Position numbers and translations under genes: made by a program
Assembly (NCBI GenBank): GCA_003344405.1
Contig: NOWV01000296.1
Coordinates: 1 to 59,969 of the forward strand
DNA: 59,969 nt
Source: Trichoplax sp. H2
Taxonomy: Eukaryota
Direction: 5' to 3'
Shown here: one piece after another, positions 29,561 through 41,345 of the stretch
How positions within the stretch are numbered: position 1 is the stretch's first letter
Layout: each line of letters starts with the position of its first letter
Notes under the pieces: model-generated
The model's database searches: none
Seen by the model: the letters and a program-made list of their open reading frames with translations, nothing else
Told to the model about the DNA's origin: nothing

Positions 29561-32500
29561 TTATGAATCATACATAAGAGTGACAATCTCTTTCCTTTCG
29601 ATTTCAAAGAGGGCTTGCACTAGACGGGTTGTAGTAGCCTCAATACTTTCCATATTATGCCATTTCTTCAACATAGTTCTTGCCTGATCATACACTAATC
29701 TTTTTTCCTCTATTATGATATCAGTGTTAATTTTGTAATTTAGCTTTAAAGCTAGCTTAGTCCAATCAGTACCAATGTGATCCGCAACGATGAAAAAATA
29801 GTTTCTAACGTCAGTTGAAAGTTCTATTATGAAATAAAAAGTTTTGTTCCTTGTTTAATTTGAAGTATTCTAGATAGTAACCTTAATTATTAATATAGTT
29901 AACGAACTGATACTTATTTACTATTTCAGCAATTATTTTTAGAAATACACTGTATGTGTTAAGATTTATAAGACGTTATGATGCATCCAATATCTCTAAA
30001 ATGGGTATTGCAAAAATCTATGCCTATTACTGAACACTTCATTAGCTATATATATAGATCAGATATTATAAATAGTGTCTAATTGCGATAGTACCATTTT
30101 GTGAAGGATGTAAGATTAACTGTATTTCAAGAGTGATAAAAGTTGTTAATAGATTGTTAACATTTTACTTCAAACTGTCCTTATTCAGTTATACTTTGTA
30201 CGTCCTAATTGAAACCTTTTTCCTTATCCGTAGTCGTTTTATTTGATTCAAAATTATTCAAAGCAAATAAAAGTAATTGTATGTTTAATGTATCTTTAAG
30301 TAATTTAGTCCATAAATACAGTCTAACGTTTTGATGTGTAGTAAAAGATATGCATCTCTAATCGGTGAAAATAATTAACTTAGCAAAATTGCGGAAGCGA
30401 TCAATAACATTTTTTAAATCATTGCTGTTACTTTATAACAACTTTACAATGTAATCATCCTTTGTTAAATACTGTCCAAAGCGCTGGGCTAAGTCTTATT
30501 CTTAGTTATTAAGTTAATAAGTCGTAAAATAAGAATATAGTTCACCTTTTACGTGAGCTTTGTTCGTAGTTTCATGATCCTGACAGTCGCTATCTTGTGA
30601 TGTATTCTCATCGGGTGGTTTAGAATTGGCAGATTGAAAACCTTCATGATCTATGGTAGTTGTGGGATTTTTTTGCATTAATAGTTGATTTACGGGTAGA
30701 TCTTCTACCGTTTGCTGAATGATGAATTGATTTTGCTTCATGTTGGAAATGTCATATTGGATACAATCTAACTGCCGCTTTATGTCTTTTTGACATTTCA
30801 ATGATTTATCTTGACTCATTTTTATCTCATCGGCCTTTTGAAGAAAAGCATTACTCTCTTGAAGAAGAGCGTTAATCGACTTCCAATAGCGTTGATCATT
30901 TGAGTTAGTTGAAATGAATTCTTCATCAGTGATCATGCTCTGAAACTTTGTAATCATCTTTTCCATATCGCTAAATCTCCTTTCATCTAAGCATTGATTA
31001 ATCAAATCCTTAAACTGATCCATTTGATCTTTAATTAAGTTTGAAATATTCTCTGTTAGTAATCTCGTGATTGTGCTTATTTGATCATCATTGATCGTAG
31101 CAGAGACTTCTTCTTTATCTTTCAGCAGAGCCGCATTTAAAACTTGTTGAGCGTAACTAATAAAGAATTCTCTATCGAGATTCCCGCTTAATTTGCTTTG
31201 ATAATTGAACAGCATTTGGGGGCTGCTCATAATTTGCTGAGTAATATCGTTGAGGCCACAAATGAAGTCTCTACTGTTGCCATCATGGAAGAATGATAAT
31301 TGTCGGAAGCCATAATGATCAGTTTTCTCATAACGTTTCAGGTCGTAATACTTGAAAGAATTATCTACCTCTATTCTAATCCCAGTATTCATAACTAAGT
31401 CGGACGAATAAATTTTTGAAAGTTCTTCGTTTTCCTTCAAGGCGATTTTTAATTTACTTCCTTTCTTTCCTTTGTACCTAAAACTGGATTATAATTCGAA
31501 TAAACATTTAGTGTAGCATCGCCAAATTATTGTCATTAAACAAGCCTGTTAGAAAACTTATTATTGTCAGCGTGCTGTGTACAAGTAAATTAGATACCAC
31601 TTAAAAATTATGTCTGATTGAGGGCTGTAGATAATAATAGGTAGAGATAACTTTATAATAAATCAAGTATATTGATTCAGCTTCGAAGAATGTAATACCA
31701 ATGATACATATTCATTCTCATTCTCAATTATATAAGTGTTGAGACTCGTTGTTTGCAATCAGTATGTTGTAAACAAGTCAGATAAGGTGTTAAACCTGCT
31801 ATATTTTTCTGTGGTGACTGCTCTTAGTCCTTCTTTCTTATCATCTACTTTTGCAAGTTGTTTTCCTTGTCTGTCACAGTTTGTTGTACTAATACATAGT
31901 ATATCTCAATCATTGAAGAATCATTTTCAAATTTATAATTGTAAAATTCTTCGTGTGATTTTCTCTCTGGGTAAAGTAAGTAGACATAATTTGTTACAAT
32001 ACAGCTAGCTTATAATTAGGCTATTACCGTAGGCATGTATTATTCATTACTGACGAAATCCTTTTTGATAATGGTAGCTTTCGAAACCTAATATCTATCC
32101 ACAACCCATTTAAATCCTATCTTTTGTAAGTAATCAATTAGTGAAATATTGATTTCGGTATAAGATCTGGCACTATTAAAAGATTGTGGGAACTTTCTAA
32201 GAGCATTTTTTCTAGTTAAAATGCCCTTCTAATAACTATTTCCGTTCTGACAGAATTGGTTCTAGTTTGCCTTTAATCTACAGATAACTTGTTCACCAAC
32301 GCGTGAGATCTGCTTAGCCATAAAATTTGTTAGTTTCCTTCATTCCACTATAACTTAATTAATAAAGTAATTTTACGCTTATACTCTGGTATCTTCACAT
32401 ATTTAAATGTAGTTAAATATTGATTTCAACATAAGACACTATTAAAAATTTATAAGCGTACTATAAAAAGTATCTTCTCTAATTATTTACTTGAATAATT

Positions 32501-33155
32501 ACAGGATAATGATACGAGATTGACCAACGAAAAACTTTAATTTAATTTTAATTAACCTGTGCTTTATGACAAAATTTGGTTCAATAATGCATTTGCTGAT
32601 AAATTTGGCAAAATTAAGTGGTTCTTTCGGTGGTTTATCTTTCTGCTCTATAATATAAGCGATGATGGCTTCGATCATATCTTCAGCCAGTTTCTTAATA
32701 TAGTGATTATCGTATGCGTCAGAAATGATAGATATTTGTTGCTCGTAGATTCTGACGAGATCGCAAGCTATCATCGATATAGCCAATTCAACGCGATCAT
32801 TGTTGGGAGTTAGATGATCAATGATTTTCTTAATTGACCTACGATCATATCTTTCGGCAATTTCTGAAATTAAAGTTTGTATTAATGACATTCCTTGAGC
32901 TAAATTAAACGGACCATCTGTAGGGACAAATTGTAAGCACGATAGGATACCAGTCAAAAATTGTGTTGCAGTATTTGCAATCATCCCAGGCTTTAACTTA
33001 ATTTCTTTTTCCAGGACTTGAGATAAAACTTTTAATTTGATGGTAAACTTCTGAATAAAAGTGATTAAAAATTGTTTAATCTTTGGTCCGTTTTTGAATT
33101 GACTGATATTATCAAAGTCTTCTGGCCATTCTTTCTTCTCTTGCATATTTGCCAT
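29561..33155 (-). CDS. Gene 5: unrecognised helical N-terminal domain + predicted coiled coil + acidic linker + C-terminal Death domain, ~600-620 aa
   Basis: Exons 33155-32557 (phase 2), 31870-31796 (75 nt, symmetric phase 2), 31477-30546 and 29823-29561 join in frame (1869 nt). The last exon is missing from the ORF track and encodes a DD: VRNYFFIVADHIGTDWTKLALKLN...QARTMLKKWHNMESIEATTTRLVQALFEIERKEIV. Confidence 0.75.
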
Positions 33156-36100
33156 GTTAATATTGAAGAGCCTTGACTACGCGCAAATTAGAATCAAATA
33201 TTTTAAATCTCAGTATCGAGTGGGTATTGCACCATTTCAGATTGATTTGAGACCAATTTCTCTTTATTCAATATTCTACATCCTTTCTCAGCAAATACTA
33301 AAGTAATCCAGTTTGTTGCTTATTTGAGAACCGATTTTATATCATGTCCAGCAAGATCCGTACGATACTGCTATCTTGAAGATCTATTAACGATGGCATT
33401 TTCTTTTCCACATGTTTTGCTATCTTGAAGTTTGATATTAAAGATGACCAGAAAAATATTTCTCCTTATTTTAAAAAACACTGCTTTTCCGATTCTTTGT
33501 AAGCTTAAACCTTTTAATAAGTTCGAGTTTTAATATAAAGGTAGCATTTTAAAGAATTAAAATAGTAGAGGAGAAAACTCTAGCGCACAGCACAGGTTTT
33601 AAGTTATAATAAGCGATGTAATACTATCAGAGAACCGTTGCAAGAAAGCCCTAGCTTACATTAGGGAAGTGAATTACTTTCGAGTTGACCATTAGAATAG
33701 CCCCAAAAATGATTTGGAATGCACATATTTATTTAATGAACAAAATCCATATCAATTATCATAATTTTTAACGAACTATGCAAATATTGCTATATTTAAT
33801 ATGATAACATTGATATCGAGAAATAACCAATCATTTTATAGCTGTATTTTAATCATTTTGATTTACTGTAAATCCGTGGTAATAAAATGCGAGTCATTTA
33901 TTTTCAATAGCTGTTGAAAGACGAATTGTTGATAACGTGGACTGGAGTTAGTAATTTATGTCAGATCAAAGCAATTAAGGTCTGTCGTTCCTCGAAAAGA
34001 GGATACATACTTCGAAAATTATGTTTTACTGTAAAAAGATAATCATTTTTTAAAATATTTGAAATTTGAATGAGCACGTAAGCCGGCTGCTCTATAAAAA
34101 ATAAATATAGCTAAAGCTAAGACTGTAAGGTTGTCTAAATACGTGTTTGTGGAAGATAATTACAGAACGTATTATAGCAATTCCGTTGATATATTGTGTC
34201 ATCATCCAAGGACATAAATAGATTACACAAGAATATATGCTATGAGATTTATATTGTGTCAGTCTAATTAGAAGCACGAATTATGAACGAATTTTCCCGG
34301 TAAATTTAACTTTATCAGGCGACCTTATTGGCAAGATATGTTTATGCTCCTGATAATAATTTTGTAACAAAATGTATAATAATTATGTCGTTTGTAAGTT
34401 ACGCAGTTGTAAACTGAAAAGAGCACTTGGTATTAGTATAACAAATTTAATTCACGTACTCAAGCAAAGTTTACAAGAAATAAGTTCTCGTGTATTATTT
34501 TGTAGACACATTATCACAAAAGCCTATGTAACATCTTACAAATTTTTAACATATCGCTCGATTGGCTGGCTTTTAATTAAGATGGAGTCAGGCTCTTTAA
34601 TTAAATTAAAATATGTAAATTCATTAGAATAAAAACAAGTTATAGGTATTTATTGAAATTTAAGGTTCGTCAAGTTGGAGCGGAGTACTTAACTAACGTT
34701 GATATTGTTATGATACATTATGCTCGTAGTAAATCTAGGTTAATGCTATTTCTTACTCTGTAATGATAGCATCAGTTTACTGTGCTGTAGAATTTTGCAC
34801 TGTAAAATTTGCATTCTACTCTGCTGTAGAATTCTAAACTGTAAAGTTGTCCCTATTGTGCCACCGTAGGTGAACTTATAAAATTCTTATACAATGGACT
34901 TGATGTAGATGGTACCCAATTTGGATGGTTACTAATCTTTTATTCTGACTTTATTTCTGCATTTTAATTTCAAATTATTCTCTCTTAATGATCAAACATC
35001 AGGCAGTACTTATATTATATCAAAATAAGTGAAAAAATATGCTAGTGAAAAAATTTAATGGTACTGCAGTTTTTAATGCTATAGCTGTAGTAGTTTCAAT
35101 AGCTCGATTTCTATGCTTGCATATAACTTGATAAAGCAGTATAATTGAGATAATTTTAGAGGCAAATTTAGAGATAAAAATCTCTGAAGGCCATTTAGTC
35201 TTTGGAACATAACTTCACGAATAATCGACAGCCATTAAATCAATATTGCTCATATTTTACTTAAAAAACCATCATTCTTTACTCACTGTACATAATATTC
35301 AAAATCACTTCTACAATCATAGCCGTTCGGTTTGATACAGCTGTATTAATACTGATTTTATTAATAAAATCAAAGTAAGGCCTAGTGATTCAAATTCAAT
35401 TAAATAATTATATATGGCTTTCGCGGCATTTATAAACCGAACAATCTTAGTTGGAGACTGATTTTAATGAGCATCATAAAATAAATGAAATGATAAAATC
35501 TACTTCTTTTAAGCGATACTCTATCAACTATCAATATAAATTAGTACTTTCAATTAAAGTGCAAGTCAAGTTAGTAATAGATACTCAGGATACTGAATTG
35601 AAATTTACAATATCTAAAATCACTAGCGTTACAATAGACATTATCATTGCTAGTAGTAGCCACTCTTTACTTTTTCTTCTATGATTGGTTAGACGGAATA
35701 TATATGCAGACAGATCTATAAAGTTTTTTACGTTTTATCGGTAGATATTATTCTGATCCAAAAATTTATTTCCATTAGTCTAAATCTCTTGCTCAAATTC
35801 CACTTACCCTCCCTTGAAATGAGCAGCGCGGGGGTATTTATACTACTGTTAAATGACTCTGATTATGGGTTAATTTCAATAGGTCAGTATAAGATTCTTA
35901 CAGTACTTTTTACCTCAAGATTTCTTCATGTAAAACGAATAGCTCTAAGGTAGTCATTTCTGCAGAGTACTGATCATTAAAATAGTATTCGTTTATATCG
36001 ATAAGGGTGTCCACTGGGCCTTTCAATTTTGATTTTTTGTAATATTCTGATGAAAATTGAATAAACATAGAATCTTTATAGAGTTTTCTACACAGCCATT

Positions 36101-36804
36101 TTGATTGTTGAATTTTCTTATAACAGTTGCTATCGACAGAGCAAGCTTTGCTTGCATACTCAAGCAATCCTTAGACACATTATCATGATTGGTATAGAAT
36201 TAACCACTGTACTATGGACATTGTACCGCACTGTCGATATCTTACAGTACCTGCTAATCTTAACTTGGCATGGCCATCACCATACATTAGTTATCATCAT
36301 GTGCTTTGGATTATTAACTAATCTTAATATAGCATTTCATCCGTGAATGCATTCTTGAAAAGTAGTATTCTACAAGCTTAGCTGTGAATATAGTAGTGCC
36401 TGGCTATTACCGGGATATAAATAATGTCGAACGGTAATACTATCTGTTAATTATTAACAAATGAGTACATTATCGTAAACCTTCAGCAAAGCGACGTGAA
36501 TTGTACTAGTATAAATTAAACCTAGCCTGAAGAACTAATGTTGGCCGAATTAGCCTAACCATTACAAATGATTCTTTACTAGCACATTTTGCACACGTAA
36601 CCGCGTGTTGCAAATAGTCGATTGCATGACATACAACTACTTCGTTGATAAGACGCTAAATATCTCAAAGTCTAACATAGATACATAGGCGTCTATCCTA
36701 ATAATCTGCCTATCTCATGATATTTTGTAACGAAACTAAGTATTGTGAAAATAGACTTTTAGCCACGTTAGTGAGATGTACGGAAGCATAACTTTCTATA
36801 TCCA

Positions 36805-38164
36805 TCTTAAGACGTATTTGGTAGCATGGACGGTAATGGTAGATTCTATGCTATAGTACAGCTGACTATATATAGTAAGGTTTTGAGTTACTATTAAGGT
36901 TAGAGGTAAAAATAAAACTGTAATTCATATATTAGAATATGCTTAGTTTACCTTACTTTGGCTGCTAAGAATAATATTCAGGGCAATACTGTAGTTGTTT
37001 CCACATCGGGTTAATGATGATCTGCTGTAACTTCAACTTCTAGATTGTAATTCTAGCCTATACAAAGCTTTAATTTCCTCAGATGACTATCGATTTTCGC
37101 CCTTTCCAGGAACTTGTGCCAAATTAGCTATAGCATTATTTAATACATAACTTTATTAATGAATCTACTATACAAATGAATCTCAATTCTAGAGATTACT
37201 AAGCCTTAGCTTAGAAAAGTGAATTAACGTCACAATCCACATTTTACTTTTTAAAAATTCGTATAAGCTGTTATGGTAAATTGATCCACTTAATAACGTA
37301 ATCATGGCCCTTTTACCCGTAACGGAGGTCGGAACAACCTTAACTTAAACAGAATTACATGGCCAAAAAGCTTGAAATACCCTATGATATTAATTTTTAT
37401 AAACCGTGTTGTAGAATTCAAAGTCGCTTTACTGAATTCTACCGAACAAAATCGTCATTTTGGATTAATGATATTTATGACTCGAAAAAATCCTTGTTTG
37501 GCTCTTTCTTAAACTGTAAATTCTTACGTTGCAATATTTTACATTATTTGATTTATTTGTACCTAGCCAACTCATGCTAGAAATCATCCAAATCTAAATC
37601 TTTAAAAGAGATGGTTGGTGATATACGAGAAGTATCATGTTTATAAGAAATAATATTAGCCAATCTATTGGAAATCTGAATCTTATACGATTAATATTAG
37701 TAAATATGACAATTCAAACCAATTATACTGGCTACATTTTAATACATCTAATAAGTAATATAATACTTGATTTTGTATACAATGGTCTTATAAGTATTTG
37801 ACGACTGTCCTAAGTTACCCTGAGTTACCAGCTTAGAGTTGCAATATGATATGATTAGGTATTTGTAATGTAACTAGTATTGTTATTGTAGACTGCTAGT
37901 CATGTTTAGTATAATGTACGGTAGATATTATCCTAAGAGATATTTGGTAGCTAGAACTATAGACTGTAGTGGTAGAGACTCTATGCTAGAGTACAGATGA
38001 CTATATACAGTAAGCTGTTGAGTTACTAATATGGCTATAGGTAAAAATAGAACTGTAAATCATATATTAGGATATGGTTAATTCATTATACTTTGGCTGG
38101 TGTGAATAATATCTACGTAAGTACTGTAGTCGTATCCATATTGGATTAATGATGGTCCGCAGTA
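36805..38164. repeat. Dispersed direct duplication of ~230 bp (36805-37029 and 37930-38164)
   Basis: Both copies contain tatttggtagc...ctatgcta.agtacag.tgactatata.agtaag...gagttacta...ggtaaaaata.aactgtaa.tcatatattag...tactttggctg...tactgtagt...ttaatgatg. Confidence 0.8.
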
Positions 38165-39229
38165 GAATAATCTTACTAAGAATAATTTAACTAAGTGTAA
38201 AATAAGGTAAAAGGTGCCATGCGGATTGTAGCTGCGAATGCTACGAAAAGTATAAAAGCATGCAACTTTAGATTATTCTGTTAGTTCGTTCTAGAAGTCT
38301 TTAGTAGTAGTAATCGGCTAGAGTAGAGCTGTGTGTAGTTAATCTTTGTATAAGATTCAATAAAGTCCTTATTTTTCTAAATTTTGGAATTTCGTGATTG
38401 GGATATATCACAGTATTAAACTAGAATTTATATCCATTCCAAATATCAACAATAGAATTATGAGTAGATTCATTTTATTACTACAGCAGAACAGAACCAA
38501 AGGATAATATTTGTCACTCAACCAATATAAGAACGATAGCTAGAGTATTCTTCAAGGATTTTAAGGTAGTATTATCAAATATTTGTATGGGATAAACATA
38601 AACCATTAGCGCATTAAAACTTAAAATATATTATAATTTAGAAGTCTTAAAATTATTTTAGTGATAGTGTTATTTAATCATTACAATTTAGAAAATAAAA
38701 AATTGAAATCAAGTTCGAACTAAGGGGTAATCCTTAAAAATTAATTTACAGCCAAAAATTAAAAGTAATACGAAAATAACTAAATTTGTTTCTTGAATGT
38801 CGTCATTTTATTTTGCTCAAGCTATTTCCCGTCTGAGTAGATCTTGCTTGCAAAACTTGACGTATTGAATGATCTAATCGATTTATTACTTCGATAAAAC
38901 CAATTAGAAATACTCCCGGATACAGAGTTCCTTTGATTTTATCAGTTTCTAATCGCTAATTGATTGTCCTTGGTTCCATTATTTGCCCCGAAAGAGAAAT
39001 TTTCATTGATAATTTACCTAAACTAATGAATAACATTTAAGAATATTTAAATCTACCAAGATGATTCTGTTGGTGTACTAAAAATCAATATAATGTCAAA
39101 TTTTTATTCTTAATTTACAAAAATCTACTAGCACTTAAGTGGCCGTAACTTTCTTCAAAGTATGAAACTCAACTATTGCATTACAAGGAAGCGAATGTAA
39201 GGAAGGTAATTAGAAAACTAGAAAATAAA

Positions 39230-40634
39230 TTACTTAACACTCACGAAATCTTTCACAATATCTTTCCTCTCAATTGCAATAAGCACTTTTACTAAAGCTT
39301 CAGTGGTTGCTTCATTACCGGACATGTTATACCATTTGCTCAAGACCGCTTTTGCTCGATTGAAAACCACACTTTGCTCCTCTGCAATAACACCTACATC
39401 TATATTTTCGTTAAGCTTGCCCGCTAATCTAGTCCAGTCATTACCAATTTTGTCGGCGACAGTGTAAAAGTAGCCCTTCACATTAGCTAAAATTTCCATG
39501 AAATCATTTTGAAATAAGATTGGGTAAGATTAATTTCAATTAGATACTTTAGCGGTATTTCTAGAAGCAAGATTGAACAAATGTAGCTATCCCTTAAACT
39601 TGTCTAATTATATTATCAATCCTTATATGTCTTGAATTTGCATGATTTCAGTGATAGAAGCTTAATACAGTAATTAACATTAAACATCGATACCAAAATC
39701 ACTCAGATGTACTTGTTATCGTAATCTAACCTGACAATGTTGATTCTACTTCCATCGGTGAGTCAACTGTATGAATAGAGATCATATTAAATTTAGATCA
39801 CTTACTTGGAATTCATGTATGAACTGAACATTTTACGTTGTATATTGCTTAAATTTATAGTAGCGCTATAACTTAATTTCCTTGAAAGAAATACTTACCA
39901 ACATCTTGTCCATTAGGATCTATGATTAGTGAGATCGTTGATAGATTTTAATCCATATTTAACAAATCAGATCAGTATTAATAAATAGCTCATAGTATTT
40001 CTTTAGTAATTAGTATAATCTAGTATTATCAGGGCTACAATAATCATTATACTTTCTATCAGTAGCTATCTCTAATATTACTTCCTTGCTTGCAAACAAG
40101 AAGGACAAGCTAGATTCAATAAATTAACTTACTTGTTCGGTGATCTTTCCGTACTAGCTTGATAGGCGTTCCTGCAATTATGAAATCAATTAGTTTAGGT
40201 ATAGACCACTAATATATAAAATTGGCAATTCTAGTAATAAATATAGATCAATTTAATTAGGAAGGGTTAGAGTTCACTTATCAATATAGCACTATTATAT
40301 TATTCATGCAATAATATTCACTTAAATTGAAAGATTGTTTACCTTTAGCATCATCCTGTAGTTTAGCACCGAAAGATTTCACAACATTAACACCATTGCT
40401 TTTAAGTAAGTCACAAAACGTATAAAAATCCTCTTCTGTACGTTCTTCCATTAAGATTTCTAATAGCCTTCCATTCATATCTTCTGTGTGGGTTAAAGCT
40501 TTGATATCCGTCACTTGTCTTGTACTCAATATCTTTTTCATTTTGAGCCTAGTAAACAATTCTTGGATAGGAACAATTTTAAGGAATTGATCACTATTTT
40601 TATCCAATGCAGCCTGAATGTCTGGATTGTCCAT
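39230..40634 (-). CDS. Gene 6: CARD-linker-Death domain adaptor, ~214 aa
   Basis: Exons 40634-40343 (CARD, MDNPDIQAALDKNSDQFLKIVPIQELFTRL...EDMNGRLLEIL), 40171-40133 (39 nt), 39919-39899 (21 nt), 39766-39731 (36 nt) and 39486-39230 (DD, YFYTVADKIGNDWTRLAGKL...RAKAVLSKW...LIAIERKDIV). All introns are phase 1 and in frame (645 nt). Confidence 0.87.
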
Positions 40635-40811
40635 GCTGGATCTATAACGATTACGTTTACTCCACGAAATTTTATCTGAGGTGAATGAAATAGAATTATT
40701 AACCACGATCAATATCAGTATGTCGAAAGCAAGATAAAGTTCTACATCTTTTCACTTTATTTTAAACGATAGAATCTTGACTTAACTATTATTCGTTTCA
40801 TTAGAGAATAT

Positions 40812-41345
40812 GATCAGATAAACTAGGGTTAACTAAGTTGCTAACGCCATTCTTATTTTGTTTTGTGCAACAGGTTAATGATTCACTGCGATGCTTATGA
40901 TGATGCCTAACATTGATTTTTATTTTAAATCATTGAATCTTTATTTAATAAATGACTATTTGTTACTTTGAAATAATTTGATTCGATAAATTAGGGTATG
41001 ATAAGTTACTAATGCTGTTGTTACTTCTCCTTGTACAACAGATTAATTTTTCGCTTCGATGCTTATTGGGCACTTACTTTACTTTAAACCACTGAATCTT
41101 TATTTATTAACTTAAACAATTGCATATTGCAATGAGAAGGTTACTCGATAAATTACGGTACTATAAGTTACTGATGAAGTTCTTGTATCTTTTTACGTTA
41201 TTGCAAATCAATGAATCTTGATTTAATTAACGGCCATCCCCACTATTACGAATGTGATTAGATAAACTAAGGTAAACTCTGCTGTTAATGTAGTTCTTAC
41301 TTCTCTTTGCAATATAGATTGATGGTTCATTTCAATGCCTAAAAC
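40812..41345. repeat. Degenerate tandem repeat, ~110-170-bp unit, about 4 copies
   Basis: The motif gataaa(c/t)ta.ggt...aagtt.ct.atg recurs near 40817, 40985, 41147 and 41261, with tgaatctt.attta between copies. Confidence 0.6.

Noticed and set aside
35910..36167. 85-aa minus-strand ORF ending near a GT donor
   Set aside because: No recognisable domain or partner exons. It could be a gene fragment but is unsupported.
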